NCBI GenBank assembly: GCA_020891255.1
Contig: BQFW01000008.1
Coordinates: 1,178,001-1,242,000 of the forward strand
Origin: Entomortierella parvispora E1425
Taxonomy: Eukaryota > Fungi > Mortierellomycota
Direction of reading: 5' to 3'
Length of the DNA stretch: 64,000 nt
Numbering within the stretch: the first letter of the stretch is position 1; each line of letters begins with the position of its first letter. The notes under the pieces were generated by a model. That model did not search any database. It was not told where the DNA came from and saw nothing but the letters and a program-made list of their open reading frames with translations. Made by a program: the position numbers and the translations under genes. This document shows positions 38,440 through 51,200 of the stretch, piece by piece.

Positions 38440-38893
38440 TGTCATCCGCGTCCTCGTCCTCGCCTCCAGAGCTCTCATCGACATCTCAGACAAATATTCA
38501 CACCATTGTGGCGCGTCAATTGATGGCCCTGTTTACTTCTTTCGAAAACGAGGACCATTGTGCCCCAGATGGCGAGGGGATGGTCGGCGAAGGTCAGACC
38601 CGCACTGGAAACTGAACACAAGGCAGAAGAGGAAGAGCTGTGGTTCCATCTCCTTTTCGTGTCGGGCGTGTACATGTTCTGGAAGGAGTATGAGCTCTTT
38701 TACACCGCCCTCGTGGGCAACCCAGTTGCAAGATGAACAAAAAGAAATAAAGAGAGCGTGTGAGAAAAAAAATAAGCGTGCGCCCGGTGAACCTTACGAC
38801 GCTTGGATCGCAGAGCGGCCAAGGAGTATCCTGATGCTGTCCTCAGCGTGTCAGGAAGGGTCAGTTGCTGACTACAGTATCTACCAGATATAG
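38440..38893 (+). pseudogene. Possible frameshifted remnant of an unknown gene
   Basis: Protein-like pieces in three successive frames (MSSASSSSPP...LFTSFENE; LETEHKAEEEELWFHLLFVSGVYMFWKEYELF; EQKEIKRACEKKNKRAPGEPYDAWIAERP) with no clear splice joins. Confidence 0.2.
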
Positions 38894-39362
38894 ACTATGA
38901 GTGAAAAGACAAGGAAAGGAACAATGCGAGTGGGCTGGGTAGCCTGCAGCAAGTACCACCTATTCTTCAGCTAGAGTAGCCCTTGTTTTTCAGCTGGGTC
39001 GGTTCCTGACGTCGTTAGTTCAAAAGCGAGATGACTCTCTTCACATTCACACCGCACTGCACTCAAGGGATTTGTAAAGTGTCCTGCAGGGCATTCCAAT
39101 GGTACTGTCACCATCCCTGTACCTTGTATCACCCCCATGCCCCTGCTGCTGCTGTCGAACAACCCGGGCAGAACCCCAATTTGATGCTGCTCAGTTGTCA
39201 AGATCTTTTGGTAGGTTCATATCAGATTCTCTCACATGGCGTAGTTTAGATGATCTGGCTGACTTCATGACGAACTCTAGCTGCACCGGCCTATGTCGGG
39301 TTTACCCGCTGCCATTTTGTCAACTAAGAACAGGCTCGTCGGAGACTGGGACTGAGTGAGGC

Positions 39363-39394
<32 letters not shown>

Positions 39395-39701
39395 GCGAAG
39401 ACTAAGAAAACAAGATGGAGGAGAGGAAGGGGGGGTCTTGTGCGGCGCTGTTGCCTGTTTGGGCCTGGTCACCCAGCGGAGTTGAGCTGGGCCAGTCGCG
39501 AAATGGAAAAACCTGTGCAAGTGCATGCACCTCGTCCAGAAGAGGATCAGATTGCCGCTCCCCCTGTTCTCGTCGCTGACTTGTTGCACCTTAAAGGAGA
39601 AAGCGCCACTCTTGTTTGGCCCTCCCCTCCCTTTACTCACTCACTCAACTCTCACTCGTTCAACTCTAGACTCAAATCTCTCTTCATCAAAACCCACCCG
39701 G

Positions 39702-39927
39702 TTATCAGATTATTTTTTTTTGCATGTTTTTCCTTTGCGATCCAGGGCTGACTCGGGTCGAAGTTCTGGACAGCGGAAGAAAGTAGACACACAGGCGCAC
39801 CGTGAGAGTGAGTCGAGGGCCATTGGCTGCAACGATGAACATACTTATCAGATGGAAGGACCCAAAACAAACGCTCCGTCCTCCTCGCTCTCGTCCCTTT
39901 GAGGGTCCAGTGCGGTCCATCTGATAT
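39702..39927. promoter_or_regulatory. SreA/Urbs1/Fep1-type iron-repression GATA boxes upstream of FET3
   Basis: TTATCAGAT (reverse complement ATCTGATAA) at 39702-39710 and 39845-39853. ATCTGATAT at 39919-39927. A further 8/9 match at 39219-39227. Confidence 0.7.
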
Positions 39928-40221
39928 CGTTTTGGCCTCTTCCGTGTAAGCCCTTTTGTCCATCCACCCACTCCCCTGGAGTACAAAAGAAACCGCAAAC
40001 ACCATCTTTTCGTCCCTTCTTTCTGGTTTTTTCTTTCCTTTCTTTTCCCTCACCTTATTCTCCTCCCTCCTCCCTCCTCCCCCCTCCCCCCTGACGGTAG
40101 AAGGTCCTACATACGTTAGAGACTCATTCTCCCTTCCATTCCATCTCTTTGCATTCCTCCTCATTGTCTCTTTTATTTCTTGTTCTTTTTGTAATATTTT
40201 CTCTTTCTCCTCCTCTGTACC

Positions 40222-42287
40222 ATGCTCCCTTCATTCAAAACCTTTGCCGCGGCCTTGACTTTGCTCTCGGCTGCTGCCCAGGCCGCTGTTGTAACATACA
40301 ACTGGAACATCACCTACGTCAACGCCAACCCAGATGGTCTCTATGAGCGTCGCGTCATTGGTGTCAATGGTGTCTTCCCGTAAGTCTCTTGGTCTGAATG
40401 GTTTTATCATACCCAGGGAGATAGGTTGAGATGATCTATCTTTTGTCACTTTCCTCGGGCTCCAGCTTGCCCTAACCTCCTCAATTGCTCATCTAACATT
40501 CTTTTTTGTTCTTCCTTCCCTTGGAAACGATAGCCCACCACCAATCGAGGTGACCGTCAATGACACTTTGGTGATCAACGCAATCAACCAGCTCGATGTG
40601 CCCACCAGTCTGCACGCCCATGGTCTCTTCCAGGTCGGCAACAACCAGATGGACGGTCCCTCGATGGTGACTCAGTGCCCCTTCCCCCCAGGTGCCAACT
40701 TCACGTACACGATCCCGACTGTGAACCAGACCGGTACTTACTGGATCCACGGTCATAACCTGGGTCAATATGTCGACGGTCTTCGTGCACCTCTCATCAT
40801 CCACGCCATCAACGAGACCTACACCTACGATGAGGAGTACACTGTTGCCTTTGCTGGTAAGTCCTTTGTTTTCTCTTGCAAGTTGCGCGCCCTTATTTGC
40901 CAATCTTCTCCGCCACATCCTAACTGCTATTTATTTATTCTTTCTCACTCCTTCAGACTGGTACCACCAAGAGCACGCACCTCTTCTGGCCTTCTACTTG
41001 TCCATCTACAACCCCAGTGGAGCCGAACCCATCCCTCAGTCGGGATTGATCAACCAAATGACAAACGCCACGTTTGCTTTCGTGCCTGGCAAGACCTACC
41101 GTCTCCGCGTCATCAACATGTCGGCTCTGTCCATATTCCACTTCCACATTGACGGCCACGAGTTTGACATTATCGAGGTCGATGGCATTGATGTGCAGAA
41201 AGCCAACGTTACGACCTTCCCTATTGCTGCCGCTCAAAGATACTCGGTCTTGGTCACTGCTAAGAACAGCACCTCAAACAACTATTTGATCCACGGTGAC
41301 ATGGACCCCATGATGTACGATGTTGTGCCCCCAAACCTGGTTTTGAACATCACCGGTACCATCGTCTATGCTCCCGACGCTCCCCTCGCTCCTATTGAAT
41401 ATTCGGACTGGGCTGCTTTCGAGGACGCGACCTTGGTGCCCGTTCTGGCCCAGCCAACGTCCCCCTACACGACCCAGAATGTGTTGACTGCCGCGTTCTA
41501 CTTGATGACCGACTACACCAACAAGGCCGTCTTCAACGATATCACCTATGTCATGCCCAAGGTTCCCTCTTTGTACACCGCCCTCAGCATGGGAAACCTC
41601 TCTTCGAACCCCCAAGTCTACGGTCCCAATGCCCATGCCTTGATCGCCTCTCACAATGAATGGTTTGAGATTGTCATCAACAATGACGATACCGGAAACC
41701 ATCCTTTCCATCTGCACGGCCATGTCTTCCAAATCGTCGGTCGCAGTGAAGGACTCTATGATGGTTCCACTCCTTACCCTTACTACGATGCCTCGACCAA
41801 CCCCAACTATGCCAACCCAATGCGCCGTGACACCATGTTGGTTCCCGCTGGTACCAACGCTGCCATTCGCTTCCAGGCCAACAACCCCGGTGTTTGGTTC
41901 TTCCATTGCCATATCGAATGGCATCTCGAGGCTGGTCTTGCCATCACCCTCATCGAGGCCCCCGAGGTCATGCCCTCCGTCCTGACCGTTGACCCTCAGC
42001 ACTATGAACAATGCGCGGTCCAAGGTATTCCTTACCAGGGCAATGCCGCCGGAAACGCAGGCTTGAACCTGACGGGCGCCAACTTTGGTCCCAGCATCTT
42101 GCCAGGAAAGTTCACTGCCAAGGGTATTGTTGCCTTGGTCTTCACCATCATTGCTGCCCTTTTGGGTCTCGTCACCGTGGTCTGGTACGCCCACGACGAC
42201 GATCTGGCCTTGGCTCAGGCTTCCCTTGCAGAGGCTGCCGAGAAGAACAAGGCGGCAGCAGAGTCGGAAGAGCTTTCTTCCCTTTAA
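40222..42287 (+). CDS. FET3: Fet3-type multicopper ferroxidase with signal peptide and C-terminal TM (3 exons)
   Basis: Copper motifs [18 protein letters not shown] and [15 protein letters not shown]. Fe-binding equivalents of yeast E185 (GAEPIP), D283 (MYDVVP) and D409 ([11 protein letters not shown]). TM helix [22 protein letters not shown]. Confidence 0.95.
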
Positions 42288-42560
42288 GAAGCCCAAAAAA
42301 AAAAACAAAAAAAAACTCTCCGTATCCAGCATTGCACATATTTAATACTTCAATTTAGTTACTTAAAACATCATGGGGCAGCAGGGTAAAGACATCCAGC
42401 GCGAATGTTGATGCCCTTCTACCCCTTTGAAATAAAAGAGATAAAAAAAAGATCAAGAATCATGTCCTTTTACTTTGTTTTGTTTGATCGAACATCGATG
42501 ACAATATGATACACAGACAGGAAAAAAGAGAAGAAAAAAATGAACTAAAACGTCTTTTTT

Positions 42561-45500
42561 TTAAATGCTATTGCGCTGAACAAAGAGGAAAAACTGCTGG
42601 GTCTCGTTCTTGCCGCCAGGTCCGCCACCTTGGAAGAGTCCTCCAACCGGCGCACTGACCCAGATGTCGATTGTGTTCTGACCAGGAACCAGGTTGATCG
42701 TGTACACATGATGTCCAATGTTCTGCGACACTGGCAATGACACCAGACCGGAAGGCATCAACTTTCGTCCGTTCTGGAAGACCGACAGCCCGACTTGCTG
42801 CTGAATTGGCGCCAGCTGCTGAGCCAAAAGTGGGATCAGAGTCACTGTCGATACTTGCTGTCGAACAACAATGCTGTGGGCAAAGGTATCCGTGCTGAAG
42901 CTCATCGCGAACGACTTGTCCTCGGTATCCACAGAAAGAGATTGCAACATTGCATAACCTATAAAAAAGGATTATCATAAGTAAGAGCCTCTTCTTTGAT
43001 AATGGAGGATGAACACTTGGTGATCCAGTAAAAAAAAAAAAATTACCTTGTCTTGGTCCGGTGGATGGGTCATGTACCATCGCAACATCGGCAGGGATAA
43101 AAGGCTGCGGTGAGTAACCGGGCAACACCACATTAGCCCTTGAGTCTACACCCATCATGCCCGGGGATCCGGGAGAGCCCATTGACTGCGTGCTGCTAGG
43201 ACTTTGCGGCATCATGGGTGGTGGCTGCGGTTGGTGAGGAGGGAGCTGAGGATGCATTTGTTGATATTGGAGAGCCTGTTGCTGCTGAAACAAATGTTGT
43301 TGCTGTTGCTGTTGTTGCACAAGCATTTGCTGTTGCTGCTGCTGAGGGTGCATCATGTTCGGGTTACCGATCATAGGAGGTGGTGCAAACTGAGATGAAA
43401 CTCTGCGTGAATGATCCTGATGTTGCATTGGGTGATGTTGCTGTTGTTGCTGTTGTTGGGGGTGAACAAAAGGGTTTTGCTGCTGCAGTTGCTGCTGTTG
43501 CTGACGATGATGGTGCTGTTGCTGCTGAAGTTGCTGCTGCTGCAGTTGTTGTTGTTGGTGTTGGTGGTGCTGTTGTTGCTGTTGCAAGTGCTGCTGCTGC
43601 TGATGTTGTTGAATGCCATTTTGGTGGCGCTGCTGAGCATATGGATTCTGCGGGGGTAGGGTCGGCTGACTCTGATGCTGACGCGCCGTTTGGCTTGACC
43701 CACGCCCTTGTAATTGAGGAGGAGAAGCCATCCCATCGACATCGACGTCCGAATCGTCCTGATCGTCATCGTCATCGTCGTCATCGTCGTCGTCGTTCCG
43801 TCTACGCTTTTGTTTTGACTTCTTGGGCCGGGACTGCTTGTTCCGCTTGTTAGAGTCGGACTGGGCAGCCGAGGATGCCCTTCTGTTCTGTGGAGCGACG
43901 GTGATGTCAGGGTTGACCTTGCTTGGGATCTCTATGCGCTGCAGCTTGATCGGTGAGGGGTAAGGGCGAATGGCAGGCACTATGGGTTCCAGACAGTAGA
44001 CCCGCTTCCAATCCTTGATCACGTAGGCGGATTTGTGCGACTCTGAGTATCTGCTTTCCATGACATAGACATCCTTTGGATCAAAGTCGGTGACAAGTCC
44101 GCGGACGTAATCCTTGTGTGCCTGCACGTATACTTTGCGATCCACCAGTGACAAATCAAACTCCCATTCGCCTGTCGCCTTCAGCACCTCCTTCTCAAAG
44201 AACATCTGTCCAGGGACCTGGAAAATATCCTGCGGACGGAAGAATCTGGAACCAAAGATGAACTTTGATCCCTTGGAGTCCTCTTCGAGCCTCTCAATGA
44301 ACAAGATGGTATGGTTCTGATCCTGGAGTTCCACAAACTCTCCTGCTCGATATGTGACCTTTCCGTCTGAAAGAGTGGATACTTCTCTGCGATCCGACTT
44401 GTCCTCTTTGGAAGGCGCTGGGCTGTAAATGAGCCTGTGCGATGTGTAGATATCCTTCTTCTTTGTGTTGAAGAGCTTGAGTAAGGTCTTGGCGTCCTTG
44501 TTGATCCTGGAACCATCCTCGTTAAAGATAAGGGCGTTTTCAAAAATCAACTGGAATTCGCGGTCGAAATCATCTACGCTCTTGTAGTGACCCGACTTTA
44601 TCCTAGCAAGCACCAACTGCAGAGACATTGGAGACTTGATGACTTCGTAATATTCTGGGTACTCGTCCTTGGAGGGGAGTGCCAGAAAGATTTCGGACAC
44701 CTCACGACCACTAATAAAAACAAAGGTATTAGAACAGGGTATCCCATCATACAATAAAGGTATATATGTAGTACCTTTTGTCCTTGTGGTTCAAAACGAG
44801 CTTGTAGAGCTCTGTGAATGCGGCGCTGAGGGAGCCAGTTGTGGTGGGAGCGTTCTTTCCATCCTTCCCTTCTTTGCCAGATTTGGAGTCCTTGTGGTGT
44901 GACTTTTGAGTGTCTTTTTCACTCTTGGACTTTGGCTTGACCGATTTGTTGGAAGAGGTCTAGCGCAGTGTAAATCCATTGTTTAGCGGCTAGCCTCTGT
45001 CTACCTTCACAAAACATAAAGTAAGGACGACAACTTGACATATTCAGCCTACCTCGGTAAACATCTGGCTCCATTCTGGAGTCAATTCGTATACCAACTC
45101 TAAAGCGACCTGGCCATGGTCGTTTTTTGCTTTTTTATCCGCCCCGTACTTTTCTATAAGCATCTTTGCAGTCTCCAAATGACCTGCAGTTAAACAGTAA
45201 AAATAATAAAACTGTTAGCGTTCACTGATTTTTGAAGGAACGACAATCTCTTTCGTCGAGGAGAATATACTTGCCTCCAAATGCTGCCCAGGCAAGAGGC
45301 CTGCCTTTATACCATGTGTCCTGGATCTCAACGTTGGCATTGTGCTCCATCAGCAACTGGATGACCTTGCTCGCTCCATAATATGCAGCAGCATGCAACG
45401 CTGACCACGTAAAAGGGCCTTCCTCAAAGATGTTGGACTCGAACAAGGTATCCGGGTGCACATTCTTGGTCGACAGATAATGCTTGACCGTCTTGACGTT

Positions 45501-46250
45501 GTTCTTTTCAATGGCGACAAATAACTCTTTCGTCTCTGTTGATGCAGGTCAACGAAAAGGTTAATACGAGTTGCACAACACCCTCGACACAGCCGCGGTG
45601 CACTCTTTGTTCGCCCGTGCGTGTCCACCTACCACTGGCGGTGAGGCCGGCCTGATCGGGCTGCTTGAGCTTGAGCTTGAGCTTGGTGGGTTCAGGACTC
45701 TTTGCTAGCTATGGAACGGAAGTGACCAGAAAAAGCGAAAGCGCGTTAAGTCGTGGAAGTCCTGGCATGTTAAGCTCGCGTCTGCACGCCTGCACGCCTG
45801 CACGCCTGCAGCAGCTCTAGTTATCATCCACACAAGAGCCACCGCGTCCGCCTGTTTGTCTGATCAGGGCGCGCGACAGTTCTTGCCAACCATCCAAAGT
45901 GTGCGCAAACAGCATTAATGCAATGGATGGCCCAATCAAAGAAGACAGAGTCTCTCAATCTCATTGACCCAGGAAACTCGTGTGGCATGAAAAAAGCAAT
46001 GATGAGGGAGGCGAACGATCAGGTTAACAAAGAAGAATGGAACGCGCGGGAACAGGGAACAGGGAGGGGGGTCAGGGTCCACGTCGCTGCTGTCGCTGTC
46101 CAACTGTTTGTTAGACGCATCTGGCAACGCCCCGCGCGCGCTACGGCGTGCAGATGAATGAGGAGAGATTGAGCATCGGTGAGTTACCTGTGCGGCGAGC
46201 GGGTCCTCATCAACCGAGATCTGCTTTGAGTTGCGTCGACTAGTGCTCAT
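42561..46250 (-). CDS. RSC1/2/4-polybromo-like chromatin protein: ankyrin repeats + bromodomain + BAH + polyQ + C-terminal beta-rich (Ig-like) domain (7 exons)
   Basis: Ankyrin: SALHAAAYYG...LLMEHNANV and PLAWAAFGGHLETAKMLIEKYGAD. Bromo: FLALPSKDEYPEYYEVIKSPMSL...LIFENALIFNE. BAH: YRAGEFVEL...RFFRP..FFEKEV. Exons 46250-46188, 45708-45633, 45535-45275 and 45183 onward phase correctly. Confidence 0.85.
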
Positions 46251-46787
46251 GGTTTGATTCGGGAAGGGGGTGGACAAGAGCAGAAGGAGGATGGGGAATG
46301 ACGGCTCTGTCCGAGAAGACGACGATTGTTTCGATGTGGACGCGTGCAGGCAAGAAACAAAAAGGCGGTGCGAGACAAGGTGGACGTCCGAGAGAATGAG
46401 GGCAGCAAGGGAAAGATTAGGGAGAGGAAGGAAGGAAGGAAGGAAGGAGTGGAGCGATGGGGGGGGAGTGAAGGAGAGGGAGGGAGGGATGTGAGAAGGA
46501 GTGAAGAAAGATTGCCTTTGTGGGGGGTGCGTGGGCAAGCAAGTGGGCGACCTCTCTTCTCGCAGAGTCAGACAGGGAAGACAGACAGCAGACAGGCAGA
46601 CAGACAGGCAGGACACAGGACAAGACCAGACCAGACCAGACGGGTGCAGCACAGAACAAGCAAGCCAGGCAATTCAGCTGGGTGTCTGCAAGCCTGCACG
46701 TGACGCTGATTTTTCGTCCGTCCGTGATATCGGCGTCTCGCCTGCGGCCGCTGACTGGTTCCCTCCTTTGATTTATTTCTTTCCAAG

Positions 46788-48060
46788 ATGGTCTCTGTCG
46801 CAATGCATGCTGTTCTACGTGATATCGGCCCATCCTGGATCCATCGATCCATCGATCGATCCATCGCCACACCTCAGGATCCTACTTCAACCGCCACTGG
46901 ACTCCCGTCTCTCTTTCGCTGTCAGGACCAACTTTTTCTCCATCACGACCCATCCTACATCATCCAATCTCGATTCGCTCATGAAGCTGGAAGCAAACGC
47001 GGCTGTCCCATGCAATTAGACATTTCAGGCAGCAAAAAATTCGATGGCACTGGAAACCATCATCGACTCTAGGCGATCACTCAGATTTCATGTTGAACCT
47101 TTGATTGTACCCAGAGGTTATGATTCTTTGGACTTGTTCTAATTAGACCTGTCCATCTGATCAGATCGCTCCTGGATGCAAAACAAAGAATCCATCAATC
47201 GACACTTTGTTCATCAGGAAACAGAAATCAGACTTTTCATCTTGCCCGGAGCTCAATCTTCAGGATGCACCATCACACCAACATCTCCACAGAAGAAGAC
47301 AAATTTTTTGGCCAACAGTTTCTAACCTGAACTCGAACGTTTATTTCCGTGGATTCTGTTTTTTAGCCTAAGCAAGTTCAAGACATCAAGCAGTTCCTCG
47401 AGATTGCCCGCAGAAAGGACGCCAAGTGTATGTTTTTGAATCACAACAAAATATCAGGGCGTTAGATATCATTGCATTCATCAGGAGCACAACAGACAGA
47501 AGTAGCAGCAATGGAATCATGATCGTCAGGATATATTGGAAGAATATCAATGGGTCGGTGGAAACCAATGGAATTCCATGGTCCTCCATGGCGATTGTCT
47601 ATGGCAGATCGGCATCTACAACTTTGTGAATAAGGATCAGGGATATCTCAATTCCAGCTAGTGAACAGGATGCGGTCTTGATAGACCAATTTCTTGAAGG
47701 ACCACCGCCTCCTTGGGGACAGCAACCTTGGATCAATATTTCCATAGGAGTGTATGAACGTTGGAAACTTACCAGCCACCCATCCTTTTCTTGGAAATTT
47801 TCACATCCATAGCCGGCCGCATCAAGAAGAACGGCAGCCAGATCAAGTTCAAGGTCCGTTGCTCCCGTTACTTGTACACCCTCGTCATCAACGATGCCGC
47901 CAAGGCCGAGAAGCTCAAGCAGTCTCTCCCCCCTAGTAAGTCTCTACTGCATTCAGCAACTCTCGGTGAAAAAAAGTCATCATACTTCAATGAATATGCA
48001 TATTAACGCTTTATTTTTCCTTTTTCTGCAGCTCTCATGATCGAGAACATCAAGAACTAA
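46788..48060 (+). CDS. RPL38: 60S ribosomal protein L38 (eL38); ATG-only first coding exon tentative
   Basis: Exons 47367-47427 ([20 protein letters not shown]), 47799-47935 (RIKKN...[14 protein letters not shown]....[11 protein letters not shown]) and 48031-48060. The only good ATG|GT found upstream is CAAGATG|GTCTCT at 46788. Confidence 0.9.
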
Positions 48061-48267
48061 GCTTGTGCTGGAACTTCTGACAATGGCTTTGGACTTTTTG
48101 ATTTTTTCAAAATAAAAAAAAGTCGTGATTTTTAGCGCCTGCTTGCTTGGCACAAAAAAGGCCCCTTTCATTTCTGCTTTATTGCAATGATTTTTTGTCC
48201 AAGGATGGAGTCTGATGCTCTCAAATACCTGAAGGGAGAAGGAACAAAGAACCCTGTGGATGGACAC

Positions 48268-51200
48268 CTACTTTGACAAGGTCACTATAGGTGCTGGAGG
48301 ACGCGGAGGTAAAGTGAAAGTGGATGACTGTGATAATGTGGCGGCCAAAACAGAGGAAGACAGTGGGTTCCAAGGAAGAAGCATGTCTTTGTGAGAGGCG
48401 CTGGAGCTAGTGGAGGAAAAGGATGAAGCTCGTGATTTTCTTTTGGTCCACTGATGTTGTTTTGGAAAGTTCCTGAAGGCCAGATCGCGACAGAGAGCGT
48501 CCACGTCCAAGATCTCGCCCGTGGGGCTGAATCCGGGCGAAGGCAGCGATGCGGAGCTAGAGAGCCGACCAAGCGCCGAGGTCGTTGTCGTGGTGGTCGT
48601 AGTAGTCGTAGTAGAGGCGAAAAAATAGCCTGAGGAGGAAGAGCAGGATGAAACGGTGGAAGAGGATGACATTGGTGACACCAAACCCCGCAGCGAATTG
48701 GAAAAGGAAGGAGGAACGCGTTGATCAGTGGAGATGACTTGAACAAGTGGCCTTCGGGCTATCTCTGACGACTGTTGATCATTGCTGGAGAAAGCTCCTT
48801 GAGTTGTTTTTGAAAGCTCTTGACGGATCAGGTCTATCAGGACTCTGATACTGCTGTCGCTACTAAGTCCCAGGTAAGCTTGAGCAGGCTGATCTGCGGC
48901 AGGGGTCAAGATCTTGACTGGAACCTGTGTGCTGTTGTTGCTATTGCTGCCATGGTCCGTCTCTGCACGCACCACGGTTAATGGTGACGATATTCCGAGA
49001 GCAAGAATGTCATCATCCACGTCTCTTGCTTCTGCAGGCTTTTTGGCATCCATAACTTTGTCGATCGTGCCATCGTGGGTGCTCGTTGCTGAAGAATGCA
49101 TCTGGGACTCTGTCCACGCCAACACCTTCGTCAGAAGCTCTTCCAGTCTGTCTGCTCTTGACTTCAGATCCACATCATTAGACTCGCTTTGCTTAACAGC
49201 TGGCTCTGACGCCGTATCCTGTTTTTCTTCAACTTCCCCATGAGCCATCTCTTTCTTTTCCACTGGCCCATCTTCGATGGCTGATAGGGTCTCCTGTGGC
49301 GTGCTGTTTTCTTGTTTCTCCTTATCACCAAGCTTGTCGTCAAGCTCAGTGATCTTGCTTTTTTCAGAGTGCATCTCCTCCAGTCGCTTTCTTTCATCCT
49401 GATCGACCAAAGCTCTGGTCAACTCCACGATCCTTGTTTGAAGCCCCCTCTTTTCTGTCGCTAACGTCTCCACGCTCTTCACACAGTCTTCCAAAAAGGT
49501 ATCCGCCATAGATCTTCGCCAGACAAATACATCTTGGCTGGCACTATTATCTAGTACCGCCATATTAGAGCTCTGAGGGTCGTTCGTACTAATTGTCGTC
49601 GACATGGCCATAGGCATGGCTCTATTGCTAGAGATGGATCCTTGCTGACTGCCAACGCTGCTGGTGGTGCTAAAGTTGCTTCCCCGTCTTCTCTGGTTAA
49701 AGTCTTTCTTGCTCATGTTTTCATTGGATCCGTGAAAGGTCAACGTCGATGCACCAAGTGGCTCTAAAGGCGAAGATACGTTTCCTGTAGTGATCTCCCA
49801 CTCCTGAGCCTCCTGTTTCCGGATAAGGGAACTTGCCAAGTCGTTAAAGGCCGATTGAACTCCTTGTTCACAGGCTCGCCATTCTTCCAAGATGGTAGGG
49901 ACATCCATATGATGAACTGTTTGTCGGATTGGATCCAATACCTCAACAACTCTCGACCGGGTTCGCTCCACATTGTTAAAGAGCCTCTCTAGGATGAGTA
50001 CTGTGGCCTCAAGCAAGGATGCCATTTCCTGCTCTAGCTGTGCGCGCGAGGCCGTGTCACGAGCTGTCTTTTTTGTCAAGGATTCGAGCTCAATAGCCTG
50101 ATTGTTTACAGTCGCTGCAAAGGTCTGGATCAAAGACTCGCGCGAATCGAGTCGCAAGATGTGTTCCTGGAGCGAGGATCGCAAGAGATCAATCTCTGCT
50201 TGGGCCACCGTCAAGGCGTTGGCTTGCTTCTTTTGAAGACTCTCGAAAAGAGACATGTAGCTTTTGATCTATTTCATTTTTCAAAGAGAGTTAGTGATAC
50301 TATTAAAAGCAGAGCCCTTGAAGGGAGTTAAAGTGAATAACGCCGCAAACAATTGTCGATGAACCTACGGAGCTCTTCTCGGCTTGGTTCCGATAACGGA
50401 GATCATTCAGCTCTAGTCGCATCGATACGTTCTCTTCCTTGAGCTGCTCGAGCATGAGCTTGTCTGCCTCCAGTTGTTCCCAGGAGGGCAGCCCTGCCTG
50501 AAATTGGCTCAACATCTCATGATCAGGATCCTGTACTAGTTGAACTCCGTCATCAGCACCTTGCAAGGGAGTGCTGGCCTGGGTAGTCCATGTTCTCGAT
50601 GGGGTGGTGGGTGTTTGAGGGAGGGACTGCGACTGTGATTGTTGCCGATGAATAGACTGCGGCGAACCCAACAGCACCTCCTCGGTTTCCGTTATACGGG
50701 CGCTCTTGGTGGAAGTAGGACGGTCATTGCTGAGACTAATTCGACTCTTCCGTCTTCCGCTGCTGCCCCCGCTCAAAAAGGAGAAGGTCGAGGATCGGAT
50801 AGACGATGTCGGCGACGGCGCACCTCCTGCTCCAGAGAACGAGCTTGCAGGAGATGCAGGAGGAGGCGGTGGCAAGAGACCCTTTGAACTACTACTAGTA
50901 CCAGTAACACCATTGTTCAAACGAAGTTGCAGCAGCTCGTGCTGAAGTGCGCTATGTTCCTTTTCCAATACTCGTCGGGCGCCAATCTCGATCTCGTATC
51001 GGTTCTGGAGCTCACCCAGTTCTTGAACTAAAGCCTCTCTCTCTGGGTGATGATCTACATGCTTCTTCCTATTGTTTTTGAAAAATGAACAAACACAAAC
51101 TATTAGAAACATTGCAAAGATGGTGGGGTTGTCATGAAAAAGGGAGGACAAAGGTCAGGCGTGTCAGTATTCTTTACAGAATGTTGTCCATTTGATTGCG

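Noticed and set aside
38971-39360. Short ORFs upstream of FET3 as an FTR1 relic
   Set aside because: No REGLE/RExxE motif or TM pattern on either strand.
41274-42332. 352-aa minus-strand ORF
   Set aside because: Antisense shadow of FET3; V/G/D-rich, no domain.
43204-43853. + strand L/V/A-rich ORFs
   Set aside because: Antisense translation of the CAG/CAA polyQ tract of the RSC-like gene.
45534-45537. Apparent need for a GAG acceptor in the RSC-like gene
   Set aside because: Resolved by the 76-nt exon at 45633-45708, which supplies the correct phase.
47117-47165. Possible C/D snoRNA in the RPL38 intron
   Set aside because: C box is non-canonical (ATGATTC), spacing is short and there is no terminal stem.
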